Assembly (NCBI GenBank): GCA_964016885.1
Contig: OZ024745.1
Coordinates: 126,418,001 to 126,482,000 of the forward strand
Source of the DNA: Eledone cirrhosa
Lineage: Eukaryota
Direction: 5' to 3'
Length of the DNA: 64,000 nucleotides
Positions 1 through 13,497 of the stretch are shown in pieces. The notes under the pieces were generated by a model, which was given only the letters and a program-made list of their open reading frames with translations, was not told the DNA's origin and ran no database searches. The stretch's first letter is position 1, and every line of letters begins with the position of its first letter. The translations under genes and the position numbers were made by a program.

Positions 1-181
1 ATCCCCGCTAGCCACTTTGTTGAATTTAAGATTATATGGTTATGTTTATTAATTGTTGTCACCTATACAACAAAACCATAATACAGACAATATACATTTA
101 GGGGAAAAAACTTTCGAGGCATATAAATGTTCGCAGAGATGCGATGAAAATGTTGATACATCACGAAACGAAAATGAAATA

Positions 182-330
182 CAGTAAACCCCGCCATTCG
201 CGGAATCTTCCATAGAACCTAACTAATAATTGTTCGTGGAAAAGAAGTTCAACTCAGAAATTAAATATCCGCGAAATATGAAATCATAAGACCTATCTAT
301 ACAAATAGGTGTCGTATATGCAGGAATTAT
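182..330 (+). mobile_element. Tigger/pogo-like MITE fragment (right boundary approximate)
   Basis: Starts TA|CAGTAAACCCCGCCATTCGCGG. Shares TAGAACCTAACTAATAATTGTTCG with the copy at 62850-63140. Confidence 0.45.
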
Positions 331-751
331 TACTTCAGATTACGCTTCCGTTCAAGCAGCTTTGTATATATCAACTGATTGCCAATTTATTACTGTTAAT
401 GGTGAAACAAAATATATCCCAATCATTGTTTGGAGTATTTTTTCCGGTGACTACGTGACCGTTGAAGTCAACTGTCATCTATTAAAGCACAGCAGAATCC
501 TTTGGCGTTCATGGGGAAAGGTGGGCATATGTCGGCAGTTGGAAGGTTGTTTCACTAGCAACACATCAACTAATTACGCATAAGCTACTGAGCACTATTG
601 TTAAAAACCACCAGTGCCATCACAATAGCTAATTACGCTCTCAACATCCCTGGAACACCACAATACTTTCAAAATATATTTGAACAATGAAAGTAAAAAA
701 AAAAAGACCATATGTAAAGTATTACAGGAGCGGTGTTAGATGAGACACGGA

Positions 752-1152
752 CATTTAGGAAGATACATCAAATAAAATCGTAATTAACAATATACACAGA
801 AATTGAACGAAGACTGCGTTACATTCTCTTATGTAATCAGTAACGTAATCCATGATACATAAAAAAAAGACGATATTATATATAAACTGCATTAGGAGAA
901 AATTAGTGACAGAAATATATGAATGTTTATTGAAGCGATCGCTAACCGGAAGTGTTGACATTTGAAAATTTTAAAGAAGTGAATCTTTAAATAAGCAATA
1001 AAATATATTTAATCAAAAGCTACGAAATTTAGTAGATAAATTATGTAATATTCATTCATTATTTATTCAAAATAATCCAACTTATTTTACAAACGGGATA
1101 ACAATTATATTCAGGACGCAGTCCCGCACTCCTTTCTTTATTATAGTTTAGA
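752..1152 (-). mobile_element. Non-autonomous Helitron-like repeat, 5' portion
   Basis: Minus strand begins TCTAAACTATAATAAAG. Homologous blocks lie at ~33040-33260, ~33845-34090 and 56204-56823; the last has a 3' hairpin. Confidence 0.55.
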
Positions 1153-1243
1153 TTTTACTCATTCTCGTACATAAACATGTACTTCTAGCTCAATGTCGTA
1201 TTGACCCTTTCTAAGTATTTGCACCTGGAAATAAGACATAACC

Positions 1244-1702
<459 letters not shown>

Positions 1703-2132
1703 TTCCCCACTCACTCCCTGTGCGTGTATGTGTATAACTAAACAGTTGTTGACAGGATATTAGAGACCTAACTACAACAGTGTTTTTTTTTTCTTTTAAG
1801 TAACAATATTTCTTTCACATTTTCTTTTTTAGCCAGGTGTCCAACTCACAACATTCAAAGTATACACCCAGCTTGATTTCTAAAGAAAGCCACATAGATA
1901 TATATGCATATGATAGATTTCTGCAACGACCTGATTGACAATGTACTTTTATCTAGGTCATATTACCCTCAGGCGTTCTTATGATTCACTAGAAAATAAT
2001 CTTTTATGGTGGTCAAGATATTTTCAGCTTTGTCTGTTGCAATTTATGGCTTTATTTACTCACCAATATCGATGTTATATGTGAACTGATAAATCTTGAA
2101 TAAAACTTGAATCATATGTGCATTCCATTCAG

Positions 2133-2144
2133 AGACACAAACAG
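2133..2144 (+). CDS. Candidate 12-nt phase-1/1 microexon (xTQT)
   Basis: cattccattcag|AGACACAAACAG|gtaact. Splice signals only, no homology support. Confidence 0.2.
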
Positions 2145-2380
2145 GTAACTTAATATTAAATTAATCAGAAACATTTTGTAACCTAGGGTTACACCCCCCC
2201 CCCCTCCCACTAAGGAACTTATCAGAAACGTTGGGGGTAAATATGAGTATGTCTCTAGGTGGAAACTCCAACCCCAATCCTGGTGGGGTTGTAAGGGTGC
2301 CGCCGTCGAGAAATGATATACGGGTGGCTATTTAACGGGGACTATGATATTTTTTAACTAACTAACCAGGGATTTGTTCA

Positions 2381-2572
2381 ATAATTGTTTCTACTTTTGG
2401 CACAAGGCTAGCAATTATCCAGTGCATTACTGGTACTTTATTTTATCTACCCTGCTAGGATGAAAGGCAAAGTTAACCTCGGCGGGATTTGAACTCAAGC
2501 TGTAAAGGGCCGTAACTCTATGCTGCAAAGCATGGCGTCCGACTCTCTACTGATACTGCCAATCCACCGCCA
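2381..2572 (-). mobile_element. tRNA-derived SINE, major family of the window (short subfamily)
   Basis: Reverse complement has an A box (TGGCAGTATCAG), a B box (GTTCAAATCC), a central GCCTTTCATCC...AAAATAAAGTACCAG block resembling the MetaSINE domain, and the tail GTAGAAACAATTAT. Confidence 0.9.
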
Positions 2573-2596
2573 ATAATAATGCCCATTTAATAATGT

Positions 2597-3030
2597 ACGA
2601 GGGTCGGCTGTAAATTTCAATGGTTGACGAAGATACTCTCATGGAATGTGACCAAATGAGGTTTATTTTCAACACTGTCCTCCATGTGGTTCACACACTT
2701 CTTCGATCGGTGTTGCACTGCTTGGATCCCATTGGTGAAGAAGCTTTCATCTTGTTTGTAAAAACGTCATCAACAGCAGATAATTTCATCTATTCTAGGA
2801 GCCATACTACTGGTACTACTACTACTACTACTACTACTACCACTACTATTACTACAGCTTGTGCGTCTTTTTATCATCGTTGCGCTACTTGTTGCCAGCC
2901 AAGTTATTTTTCATGGGAAACACATGATAGTGAGATGGGGCCAAATCAGGAGTATTTGCCTATGAATCAACGCAATTTCGTACTCCTAGCTATACTATTC
3001 TTTAACACAAACTGAGAATGTCATGCCTGG
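2597..3030 (-). mobile_element. Mariner (irritans/Himar1-like) 3' end with TIR, degenerate transposase C-terminus
   Basis: TA+CGAGGGTCGGCTGTAAATTTCA TIR. Minus strand encodes YSPDLAPSHYH and DEIISAVDD with frameshifts. Confidence 0.8.
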
Positions 3031-3164
3031 AAAGATCGTAGTAGTTTTTAATCTATGCTGACCTGGGGCTAAAAAGAAAGAACTATGTTCGCTTGTAATA
3101 ATTGCAAGTAAAAACTCAAAGTTAAAATGTTAAAGTCTGTCCTATGTCCGTAGGCCGATCAGAC

Positions 3165-3310
3165 ACATGCTTATCCCGATTCCTTCATCATTAAACGACT
3201 GACAGTACAAGACTCGACCCTGGTTATGACGCCAGTCCATCGTAGGGATAACACCCAGCTATTGCGTATATCAATTTTCAACTGAGTGTACTGGGGCAAC
3301 CTGAAATAAA
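3165..3310 (-). mobile_element. V-SINE-like fragment (same family as 14190-14424)
   Basis: Shares GACGCCAGTCCATCG(T/C)AGGG and CTGAGT(G/A)TACTGG blocks with 14190-14424. Confidence 0.6.
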
Positions 3311-3851
3311 GAGTAGGTGTCAAAGGCAGCAAAATGCCTCGAGTCTAGCATACTTATGAATTAAGGGGATACTAAACGTCTTCTCCCCAGGATATTTGAG
3401 CTTTTTGCCACGCCCCAGTAGCCACAATCTATCACCAGTTTCGCCATGAGGTGGATATTATCTTTGAAATTTCAGCTATCGAAATATTCATAATATATAT
3501 ATATATAGTTCTTTATATTGCCTAAAACCCTTCTATATACCGTCACCTTTAGGCGAATAGGGTCAATCAGAATTCAGTATTTTTTATAAAGATATATGAT
3601 AACTGTGACGATATGTGACGGTTAATTTCAATCCATAAGTCAGAACCCAATCAGGTGGTAGTGAATCTATCTATATAATACTAAAGGTCCGTCATTGCTT
3701 GGTTGCTTGCCTGTAATGTAATACAGTCAAAATGGCGCATAATGGGAAAATACTTTGAAAGGAAGTTGACCCTGACTAGGGAATACAAATGGAATAAAAC
3801 AAGTTTCGCATAAATCGGACCATGGGTTCCCGAGAGGAGACAGAGAAGGAG

Positions 3852-3917
<66 letters not shown>

Positions 3918-3930
3918 CTGGCGGTAGTGT

Positions 3931-3992
<62 letters not shown>

Positions 3993-4082
3993 ACATGTGA
4001 GTGTGTGTGTATATATATATGTCTGTGTGTGTGTATCTGTGTGTGGGTCTATGACCAGTGTATATAGATCACAAACACCCAC

Positions 4083-4114
<32 letters not shown>

Positions 4115-4460
4115 GCACATATATATGTATGTATACATATATATATGGGCCTTCCATTTATATATATATATATATACACACACGTATATATATGGGCCTT
4201 CCATTATCATTTCACATTATATACATGTCTGTGTCATTCTGAGTTCAAATCCCGCCGAGGTTAACTTTGCTTTTCATCCTTACGGGGTCGATAAAATAAA
4301 GTACCAGTAATGCACTGGATAATTGCTGGCCTTGTTCCAAAAGTAGAAACAATTATATATATATGTCTGTGTATATTTTAATTGTTTAAAAATTATTTTT
4401 AAGCGAACATGATTTTTTTTTTAATATTTTGAAGTGAACGTGACCCAACGGGTCACGGAT

Positions 4461-4680
4461 GGTCTAGTGTAAGTACATACTAGTATAGGTACATACCACC
4501 AGGGTGGTCTAGTGTAAGTACATACTAGTATAGGTACATACCACCAGGGTGGTCTAGTATAAGTACATACTAGTATAGGTACATACCACCAGGGTGGTCT
4601 AGTATGAGTACATACTAGTATAGGTACATACTACCAGGGTGACTAGTATAAGTACATACTAGTATAGGTACATACTACCA
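4461..4680. repeat. 45-bp minisatellite, about 5 units
   Basis: GGTCTAGT(G/A)TAAGTACATACTAGTATAGGTACATACCACCAGGGT units start at 4461, 4506, 4551, 4596 and 4641. Confidence 0.9.
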
Positions 4681-4797
4681 ACGCATTTAAGATGCTACAT
4701 TTTCGCTCGTGTTAAATTTTTAGATCGCATAAAATGCTGTTGTGACCTGAAAGTCTTGTCTATACACAGCTGGACCGTCGTATTGTCTTCTATATGT

Positions 4798-4807
4798 CTA
4801 CTACTAT

Positions 4808-4856
<49 letters not shown>

Positions 4857-4921
4857 GCTACTACTACTACTACTACTGTTACTACTACTGGTACTACTAC
4901 TACTACTACTACTATTACTGT

Positions 4922-4976
<55 letters not shown>

Positions 4977-5060
4977 ACTACTACTACTACTACTACTACT
5001 ACTGTTACTACTACTGGTACTACTACTACTACTACTACTACTACCACTACTATTACTACA
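4798..5060. repeat. (ACT)n/(GCT)n trinucleotide microsatellite
   Basis: Directly visible. Confidence 0.95.
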
Positions 5061-5532
5061 GCTTGTGCGTCTTTTAATTCTCTGACTCTATGACTAAAAC
5101 CAATTGATCTGCTCTCATATCCTTTATTCCAGTCCAAAACTCCTTTTCAGCTCAATTTTGCTTTGAATTACATCTTAGCTCCCCCTCTTTCTCTCACTCA
5201 CACTCTTCCATCCTCTCTCACTTACACTCCACCCCATTCATTTTTCTTCTTAATGATGATTTTTAAGAGTCATAAAAGTTATAAATTTGTAAGAACGTTT
5301 ATAGTTGATTGAATCAACTGTAATATATGATTAGTCGATATTTATCGAACCATTAGAATGAAATTCAAAGTCATCCTTTGTGGGATCTTGAACTTAGAAA
5401 CGTAAAAAGACGCGTAAAGTGTTTAGTCTAATGCTTCATAGTTGCTGCCCCTAAATATTAATGCTCATCAGTTCCAAATGGACATTAAACACACTAACCT
5501 CCTTATTTATCGTTATTTCCTTGTTTATATAG

Positions 5533-5550
5533 ATCCCAAGGAAGAAAATG
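5533..5550 (+). CDS. Candidate 18-nt phase-1/1 microexon (xPKEEN)
   Basis: CTAAC branch point and long pyrimidine tract, then tatag|ATCCCAAGGAAGAAAATG|gttaga. Confidence 0.35.
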
Positions 5551-5593
5551 GTTAGAGGTGCATTACCCATTCTTCCTACGAACGAAGAAAAAA

Positions 5594-5781
5594 TAATTGT
5601 TTCTACTTTTGGCACACAAGGCCAGCAATTACCCAGTGCATTACTGGTACTTTATTTCATCGACGCTGTGAGGATGAAAGGCAAAGTTAACCTCGGCGGG
5701 ATTTAAACTCAGAATGACAAGGACCGTAACTCTATGCGTCAAAGCATGGCGTCCGACCCTCTACCGATACTGCCAATCCAC
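5594..5781 (-). mobile_element. Major SINE, near full length, with TSD
   Basis: Family match. Flanked by GAACGAAGAAAAAATAAT at ~5580 and ~5784. Confidence 0.9.
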
Positions 5782-8700
5782 GGAACGAAGAAAAAATAAT
5801 GTTAAGTGTGTCCAAGTTTTAGTACTATACGGTTTAGATTTAGATTTAGATTTCAAACATCTGCAATGATTTATTCCATGGCAGCACTGAACAATGTTTC
5901 ATTGGCTTTTTAGCCATAAAGCTTCTTGTTATTCTTCCATTGCTACTTATTATCTGACAGTCAATATCATTACCTCGGACCTAACGTTCGTGCTCGTACA
6001 TCAAGAGAAGCAGCTTTCTTATTATTGATGAGACATTTCACAAATAGAACTATTTATACATACTTTGCTGTTGATATTGTTTGTGTAGCAGCAGTGCAGC
6101 TGGTGTTTTAAAACTACCTAACTTTCGCTTCCTAAACCATTACTACAGTATCTTTCTAATTCTCTCATTCTTGCAAATCCATCATATTATATAATACTGC
6201 TAGTAAAATGTTATTACAAATCATGCCATTTTAGTCTTGCTACCCACGCAGCCAGCTCCTTTTGTCAGATTTTAAGGAAGCGAAACAATAGTAAGATCCC
6301 AGCAGACAGAATAAAAGTCGTTAGCTAAGCTTTTACAGGTCATAGCTTATCCTATGTGTGTTATCCAATGTGTCAACAACATTTCACATCCTCTGTTCAC
6401 TTCGAAAATTACTGTTCTTCTATTCAATTTCTATAGGTGTAACACATATCTAAAACATAACATAGCCTATATAATCTTGTTTATTGTATTATGGATTAAT
6501 AAATAATTCATAGGCGAATTCATAGGGTAGATTATTTCAGTATATTTTTAGATCTGCAAGGTTGAATGACAAAATTGGTTCCAGTAGAATTTGATCTCAA
6601 CAGCTACAAAGATAATCTTAAATACTTTAAAATATTCAATCTTCCGTTTCTGTTAATAATCCTGTTTAGCTGTTAAACAGGATTTTTTTGTTAATCCCGA
6701 AATTTTCAGTAAAATAATTTTATTGAAATTTATTAAAATATATGACAAATGATCACATCATTTTACATATAAAGTTAAAGCAAAATTAAATTGGCAATGT
6801 TCATTCACTTTGGGTTGTATGCCACCATTTTATATTGTGACCACAATAATTTGAGCAGTTACTTATTAGCACTGAGAGGCGTATGGCAGAGATATTGATC
6901 AATTACGTCTACCATATGATGTTGAATTGTTTATATCTAAACCGAACTGCTATCACTATGCTAAAGTTCTTCAACAATTTAAATAATGAAATGATAGATA
7001 TTCTTTATATTGACACTATATATAAATTCGAATAACTTACGGGCTCCATTTGCTTTCACCCCCAGACACACTCCATCGTGTTTCGATAAAATAAGTACTA
7101 GGATCGATAAAGTCGTCTACACGTTTCTCCTATAAAGGCGTGTTCTTGTCCTAATGTGAGAAATCATAATTATAATAGTGCTTTATTTTATTGACCGCGC
7201 AAGAATGAAAGGCAAAGTTAACCTTGGGCAGGGTTTGAACTCAGAACGTAAGGGGCCATAACTCTATGTTGCAAACCATGGTGTCTGACGCTCTATGTAT
7301 AATGTTCAACAGATCAGGTTTTATTATCGAGGATACGTCACCTCCTCTGTATGACTCCTAATCTTCAATAATTAATACATTTCTATATGGTGAAGTTATG
7401 TCATACAGGGTAAAATTATCAGATAAAAGCAACTAAGGTTTTGTTTCTAAATACAACTTTAGATAGAAATCTCTCACAATCTATGACGATATTTAATCTG
7501 CAGGTGAAATTGAATCTCTCTGCTCTCCGTTGACGTGTTTGTTCATTAGGTCATAGTGATATCTTACTACCTTCGATAATAAATAAAACCTTTCTTCCAA
7601 ATAATATCACGTATTCTCTAAATAAAGAAGTTAATGAGTTTAGCAATCAAAGATCTCTTTCACCAAGTTATCTTTAAAACCTCGAGGCTTCAAATTGAAG
7701 TACCGTTGGCCATGTGAATAAAATGTCAGCGTATCAGTTGTTGAGGGTGAATTCATTTACACGCTATAGCATGAAACAGTATGTCTCTCATTCGAAATGT
7801 TTTTTCTTTATTCTTTATTTTTTACCTTCTTTCTTGCTTATTTCGTTGGTAGTAAAGCTGAGAGAGGAGTGATAAGATACGTGTTGAGATGGTGGGTGGA
7901 CTCTGCTGCAAATTCCTAATTATGTTCTTTCATATATTTCTATATATTTCCTAATTACGTTCTATCTAATTGTATTTTGATATCTTAGTTAGGATTTATC
8001 AAGACAACTGTTATTTTAAATGCCGTTACTGTTAATGGCTGCACAGAGTTCATTCAGTAAATCATGTATTAATGCTTCCTATATATCCTTCCTATATATC
8101 GTTATCAACGAAAAATTCTTACATAAAAATATATAAATTTACTAATAAAATATATGAAAAGTTCGCCATAAGGATATGAATGTATCTATTAAATAATTTA
8201 ACGATTTATAGTTTGTAATATTTTTTTTCAGGGGAGTGGCAGTTCATTTAATATATATTGAAAGTTGTGCTTTTCAATAACAACATTACTATTTTAAAAA
8301 AAAGAAACTTATTTTCGCCAGTGTTTTTAACTCAATAGTTTGTCTCCCCATGAGACCTATGATATCGATTTTCATTCCAAATACAGCTTTCTGTTGATTA
8401 TATCCACTTTTATTTTTGAAGCAATCTACCTATTTTTTTTTTCATGCCACTTTTATAAAGATGGATATCTAATATCCTAATAATGAATACTTCAACTTGG
8501 GCGCCCAAATTAGTACGTTATATGTGGGTTTTTTTAAATAATTCCTAACATTAGCATAAAGGCATGGTTTTGTTGGCGGGAGAAAGAGGGCAGATAAACT
8601 TAAATACATAAATAACTCAGTTATTTAATCTGCTATTCAATGCGAAATCTCTGGTGTTCTAACAACGTTCATGAGACACATCCTTAAGCGCTCAAATTAT

Positions 8701-8786
8701 TGATAAATACCGACAGCAACAGAAACAACACCAATAAAGACACGTGTGAGTAATTATGACTGACCTCGGGGCCAAACAGTTACTAA

Positions 8787-8970
8787 TAACTGTTTCTACT
8801 TTTGGCACAAGGCCAGCAATTATCCCAGTGTATTACTGGTACTTTATTTTATCGACCCCGTAAGTATGAAAGGCAAAGTTAACCTCGGCGGGATTTGAAC
8901 GCAATCCGTAAAGGGACGTAACTGTGCTGCAAAGCATGGCGTCCGACCCTCTACCGATACTGCCAATTCA
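8787..8970 (-). mobile_element. Major SINE
   Basis: Family match. ACTAATAAC is duplicated on both sides. Confidence 0.9.
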
Positions 8971-8990
8971 CACTAATAACATAACCCCGT

Positions 8991-9134
8991 CAGTAGTGTA
9001 GCTAGAGGGAGTGAGTGGGGTGGTCCACCCTGGGTGACACTGTTATGTAGGTGGCAATTTGGGGTCTGCTATAGGCTATAAGCGTTCTTTTAATGCTGTA
9101 GCATAATTGTGCCTAAAAGTACACAGACAAGTAA

Positions 9135-9208
<74 letters not shown>

Positions 9209-9310
9209 CTTTAAGAGTGAGTCACTGAGCAATGTGTATTTCTTGTTGGGGCCCGTGGTCGGCAAACTGGAGGGCTGCCCCGGGTGGCACACACTCTTGC
9301 TACGTCACTG
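8991..9310. mobile_element. hAT-type MITE with internal (TG)n
   Basis: TIRs CAGTAGTGTAGCTAGAG / CTCTTGCTACGTCACTG and 8-bp TSD AACCCCGT. A related 3' end lies at 50448-50543. Confidence 0.85.
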
Positions 9311-9625
9311 AACCCCGTATCTCACTGTACAAAAACACCGAGGCATATATTCCGGCTCTGTAACGACTTTGCCAATTTGTCTTCTATTTGTGTCAGTTAG
9401 TTGAATAACTTCAATTAACAGAGAATATCCATGTAATTAGTAACAAAACCTTTTCCTAATTGTGTTTAAAAATCTAGAAACAACAAGCAGATGAGATAAC
9501 ACTAATTGCTAATCTAAAATAGATAGAATATTTTTAATACATGATTTTAGCTCTCTTATCAACAAATTTTACAATCTCAAGCCTCTTGGAAATTGGATAA
9601 ATACATAAATTGTAGGAGAACTTAC

Positions 9626-9747
9626 ACTGTAAAAAAGAATGTTGACTGTAGCAGAGAGCACTACTTTTGAATACAGGCCCCAAACCGATTCGCCAGAAAT
9701 CGTTATCTGCATTATCTAGAGGTCTTAATTTTGGGGCTCTACTTGAA
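9626..9747 (-). CDS. Candidate internal exon SSRAPKLRPLDNADNDFWRIGLGPVFKSSALCYSQHSFLQ, product unknown
   Basis: ttattttcag acceptor and GT|GTAAGT donor, 122 nt, only one open frame, non-repetitive sequence. Confidence 0.4.
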
Positions 9748-10979
9748 CTGAAAATAAGTGGGTTATTCGCTAACAACAATATAATTATGGATGTCACATC
9801 ACACCAATACAACTATGTTTTAATCAACAACATTAATAACAGTCAACAATAAGTGCAGCCGAACAGAAGCAACAGCCACGAACACCATCACTACTACAAA
9901 CATTAACGGCATAACATTGTATCTCACTCCTTCGTTTCATAAATAAAACACTTCTACTACATAAGTGGTTTATTTTAAACTCACAATTAAAAAGTCGCTA
10001 TCATAACCTCCCTACTTGGGTTTTACATTACTTGACATTTCTTGTAACAAGTATTTATATCCGGCCTTTGGTAATACAACAACTGTTTCAAACCTTGAAC
10101 GAGATATTGAGAGACAAAAATGACTGAGAGAACAAGAGGAGGAGTGGAGGGTGTAGGAAAGAGAAGGGAAAATATGATTCGAGCGTGTTAAAGAATGTTG
10201 TGAACTGTTATCTATTTTATCTACTTCAATTTTCATTTTACGTTTAATAGCCAATTTATATATAACAGCGAGGTTTTTCCTTCATTTTCTTTTTTCTATC
10301 TTTTTGGTTGGAGAAAGTGATCAGTTTGACCTAAATTAAGTCACAGTGGTGTGATTATATCGTCCAAAGAAATGTCACATAAAAAAGGGATCTAACGTGA
10401 TTGTGAAAGCCGAATGTTCTGGCATGTTCTGGCTACAGAAGCAACACTAAATCAATGACAGGATACGAAATGGCGGCGTGTAGACTGACTATTCCCTTAC
10501 ATCGGACAGCCAAATTAGTTTTAATTTCATCAGCAGTCATGTAGTCCCTGTTGATATGCATGCATACATTATCCCATAACTCCCGAAGAAGTTGGAAGGG
10601 CACCATTTTGGCAGATAGCGTTTCTAGAGCACTTTAGAAATCTGGTAGAGCCCATCTCCTCTCCGGGTGTGAATACAGCAGATTTCTTCCAGAGAAAGAT
10701 AGAGAATGAGAGAATTGAAGTGAGAAAGAGATATAGCATTTGAGTGGTACTTTTTTATCGTCCTCAATGGATGAAAGGCAAAGTTGAACTTGGCATGATT
10801 TGAACTTATAGAGCAAAGAGTAAAAGATTATATCCGACCTTCTCACGGCTCTGCCAATTCATCCGCCTCCCCTTTTGATAAGCAATACATTTAATTCGCA
10901 AATTAAATTTGGAAAATAGGTTGCTGTTAGTAGTTCTAGAGCCGCAGATTTAGATTTGGGTTTCCTACAATCTTGTAAG

Positions 10980-11270
10980 CGGCGAATTAGTAGAGTTGTT
11001 AGAACGCCGGATAGAATGCTTTAGGGTATTACTTCCGACTCTCTGTTCTGTGAGTTCAAATGGCGCCGGAGTCAACTTTGCCCTTCATCCTTTCGAGGCC
11101 GATAAATATAGCAATAGCCCAGTACTGGGGTCGGTTCTTCCTTTATATACCCCTCTCTCTCTCTCTCTCTCTCTCTCCCTTCCCCCCTCTCTCTCTCGCA
11201 GAAATCAGCTGTGCACCAGCCTGATGAAGGGATGGGCTCCACCATGTTTAACATGCACCCGCACCACAAA
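10980..11270 (+). mobile_element. SINE variant: major-family head and core with a (CT)n spacer and an alternative 3' tail
   Basis: A/B boxes and core, then (CT)n and a ...GGGCTCC... tail also seen at ~10640-10868(-), ~40150-40410 and ~59900-60140. Confidence 0.6.
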
Positions 11271-11909
11271 ACCCATATATCACTACAGTGTCCCTACATC
11301 TCTACCACGAGTTACGGGTCCATGTATATCATACATACAAAGTCATAATTAATAGTACGGCGTTCATTGTTGAACAAACCCGTGGTTAGTTAACAGTTAA
11401 CCAGCATCCTAGTTTCCATTGAACTACGATACATATGGTTCTATGATAAAACCTGTTCAAGAATCTTCCGTTCAATGTTAGACCACCATATATTTAGAAG
11501 TGCTTGGTAGAAAACTTTGACAATGGCTATGTGTTTACTGTTATACAACCACAGATTTAATCAGTAGGAAAAAAATTTCAGTTAATAAATGTTTATTTAC
11601 TACTAGACAACCTATCCATTTAGTTCCCATTTAAAAGACTTGCTCAACAACGTGTTATCTATTAACTATGCAATCAATTCTAAAATAGAAATCTCCATTA
11701 ACACACATGATGATAATGGGAAGAGGGAGAGGGAGGGAGATGGGGTAGGAGGAAGAGGGAGAGGGAGGGAGATGGGGTAGGAGGGAGGGGAGAGGGGTGG
11801 GGAGGAGGGAGAAGGAGATATATAGGGAATGAGGGAGATGGGGAGGAGGGAGAGGGTGAGAAAGTGGTGAAGGAAGATGAGGATCATGACGACTATAGGA
11901 AACTCTGCA

Positions 11910-11974
11910 GAAGAAGAAGAAGAAGAAGAAGAAGAAGAAGAAGAAGAAGAAGAAGAAGAAGAAGAAGAAGAAGA
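11910..11974. repeat. (GAA)n microsatellite
   Basis: Directly visible. Confidence 0.95.
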
Positions 11975-12496
11975 GAGTGAAGTAAAAACGGAAGATGATT
12001 ACTTGAAGATAGAAGTTGTCTCAGCAAGGAAGTCTTACTATAAAAAGCGACCCAATTCTTCACCTGAAATAAACCATTCATGGGACAATACCGTTGATAA
12101 ATTATTTCCGTCCACTTTCCGTTGGCTCAATATTTCACACAGCTTTGTGTGACAAAAGCCGTAGAACGAGGAATAAGCTTCCTGTTACTAGAATTGTCAA
12201 TGCTGTTTCAATCCCCGGTTGATGTTGTATCACTTTAGGTACGTCACTGGTGCTCTAGCAGACGACACAAAAAAAAAAACAATATACAATTTTTTTCGGC
12301 TCGCTAAACGTAGCGGGTATTTGTCTTTATTCAAAGTAGAAACTAATGCTTCGTACAGCTTTACGTTGCGAGCATTTTAGAACAGAGTGTAAACTTTCAG
12401 CTAGTTGAGTTCGCAATGCTGTTTCGATTCTCGGTTAAATATATATGACTTCATTTCATTTACAAAGAAATTGGCTTTTAAAATAACCAGAACATC

Positions 12497-12750
12497 ACCG
12501 GTCGCTCTCCGACAGGTTTGCGGTCGTGGGGACTTTTCGTGAAGACCCTTGGTAGTGGAGACTTTTGGTGTCCTTGGCCCAACGGCTACTTCCCTATTCA
12601 CCACCATAGGCGCTGGGCTAGCCAGCTGCAGGTGTGAGCCTCGCAAGATGGAATGGCTCTTCCAGCGCATCTCCCTTACCATCTTCCGGGGAAACGCCTT
12701 CTCCATTCTGTCCGCCGGGGCTGTGGGGAGGCCAGCACGTGGGACCCCAT
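12497..12750 (+). mobile_element. CRE-clade non-LTR retrotransposon 3' end (end of restriction-like endonuclease domain)
   Basis: VETFGVLGP...WLFQRISLTIFRGNAFSIL matches the typical C-terminus of CRE-type RLE domains. Confidence 0.8.
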
Positions 12751-13497
12751 TTGCTCATAATAGAGAGATATGGAGAGGGCGAGAGAGATGGAGGCGATGA
12801 CAGTGGGAGTTCGGCTCTTCCACGTTCAGACCATATCCTTGTGGTTGTTTTTATTATCTATATAGAAAATTATTTATTTCCTTTCGACATTATCAAAATC
12901 ATACGTTCTTAAAATATCAGAGTAACTCCTTTGAGAGTATTGTACCGTTCGTGTCTTTCTCAAGATAAGAAGCGACGTAGATTACAACTAAGTGTAAAAT
13001 TATCGGGGTTCAATTAAATAAACGGGGCTCAACTAAATAACGGGGCACAAGTGTCACGTGGTAGTGTTAGATACAACCGAGTAGATGAGGAATTCGTCTC
13101 GCAATCATGAGATCCAGAGTTTGAATAAACTAAATGATATCTTCAGCAAGTATATTTGTTTTCTTTTTAGTTAACGCAAACCTTTTGAGAGGAAGTGGAT
13201 AGACGGAAACTGTTTTGTCTGATGATCCTGTGACTGCATTGGTGAAACTCTAGAGTAACAAGACTCATCACTTAGCCATAATATACAATATTTAAACTCT
13301 GCTTCGGTATTGAGCACTCATTCACATGTCTGTCAATATCACACAGATATATGTATGTATATATATGCATGTATATATGTATGTATATATGCATGTATGT
13401 ATGTAAGTAAGTATGTTGTGTGTGTATGTATGTGTGTATGTATCTATGTATGTGTTTATATATAATGTATGTACGTATGTATGTATGTATATTTGTG

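Noticed and set aside
9985-10093. TAG recoded to TGG by A-to-I editing to open the exon
   Set aside because: Even when edited it ends in phase 0, while the next candidate exon is open only in phase 2.
11221-11240. CTGATGA as a hammerhead core
   Set aside because: No stem II-GAAA-UH follows. The same holds for CTGATGA at 15574 and 45133.
11877-12152. Poly-Glu protein ORF
   Set aside because: Driven by (GAA)n, with no supporting acceptor context or recognisable domain.
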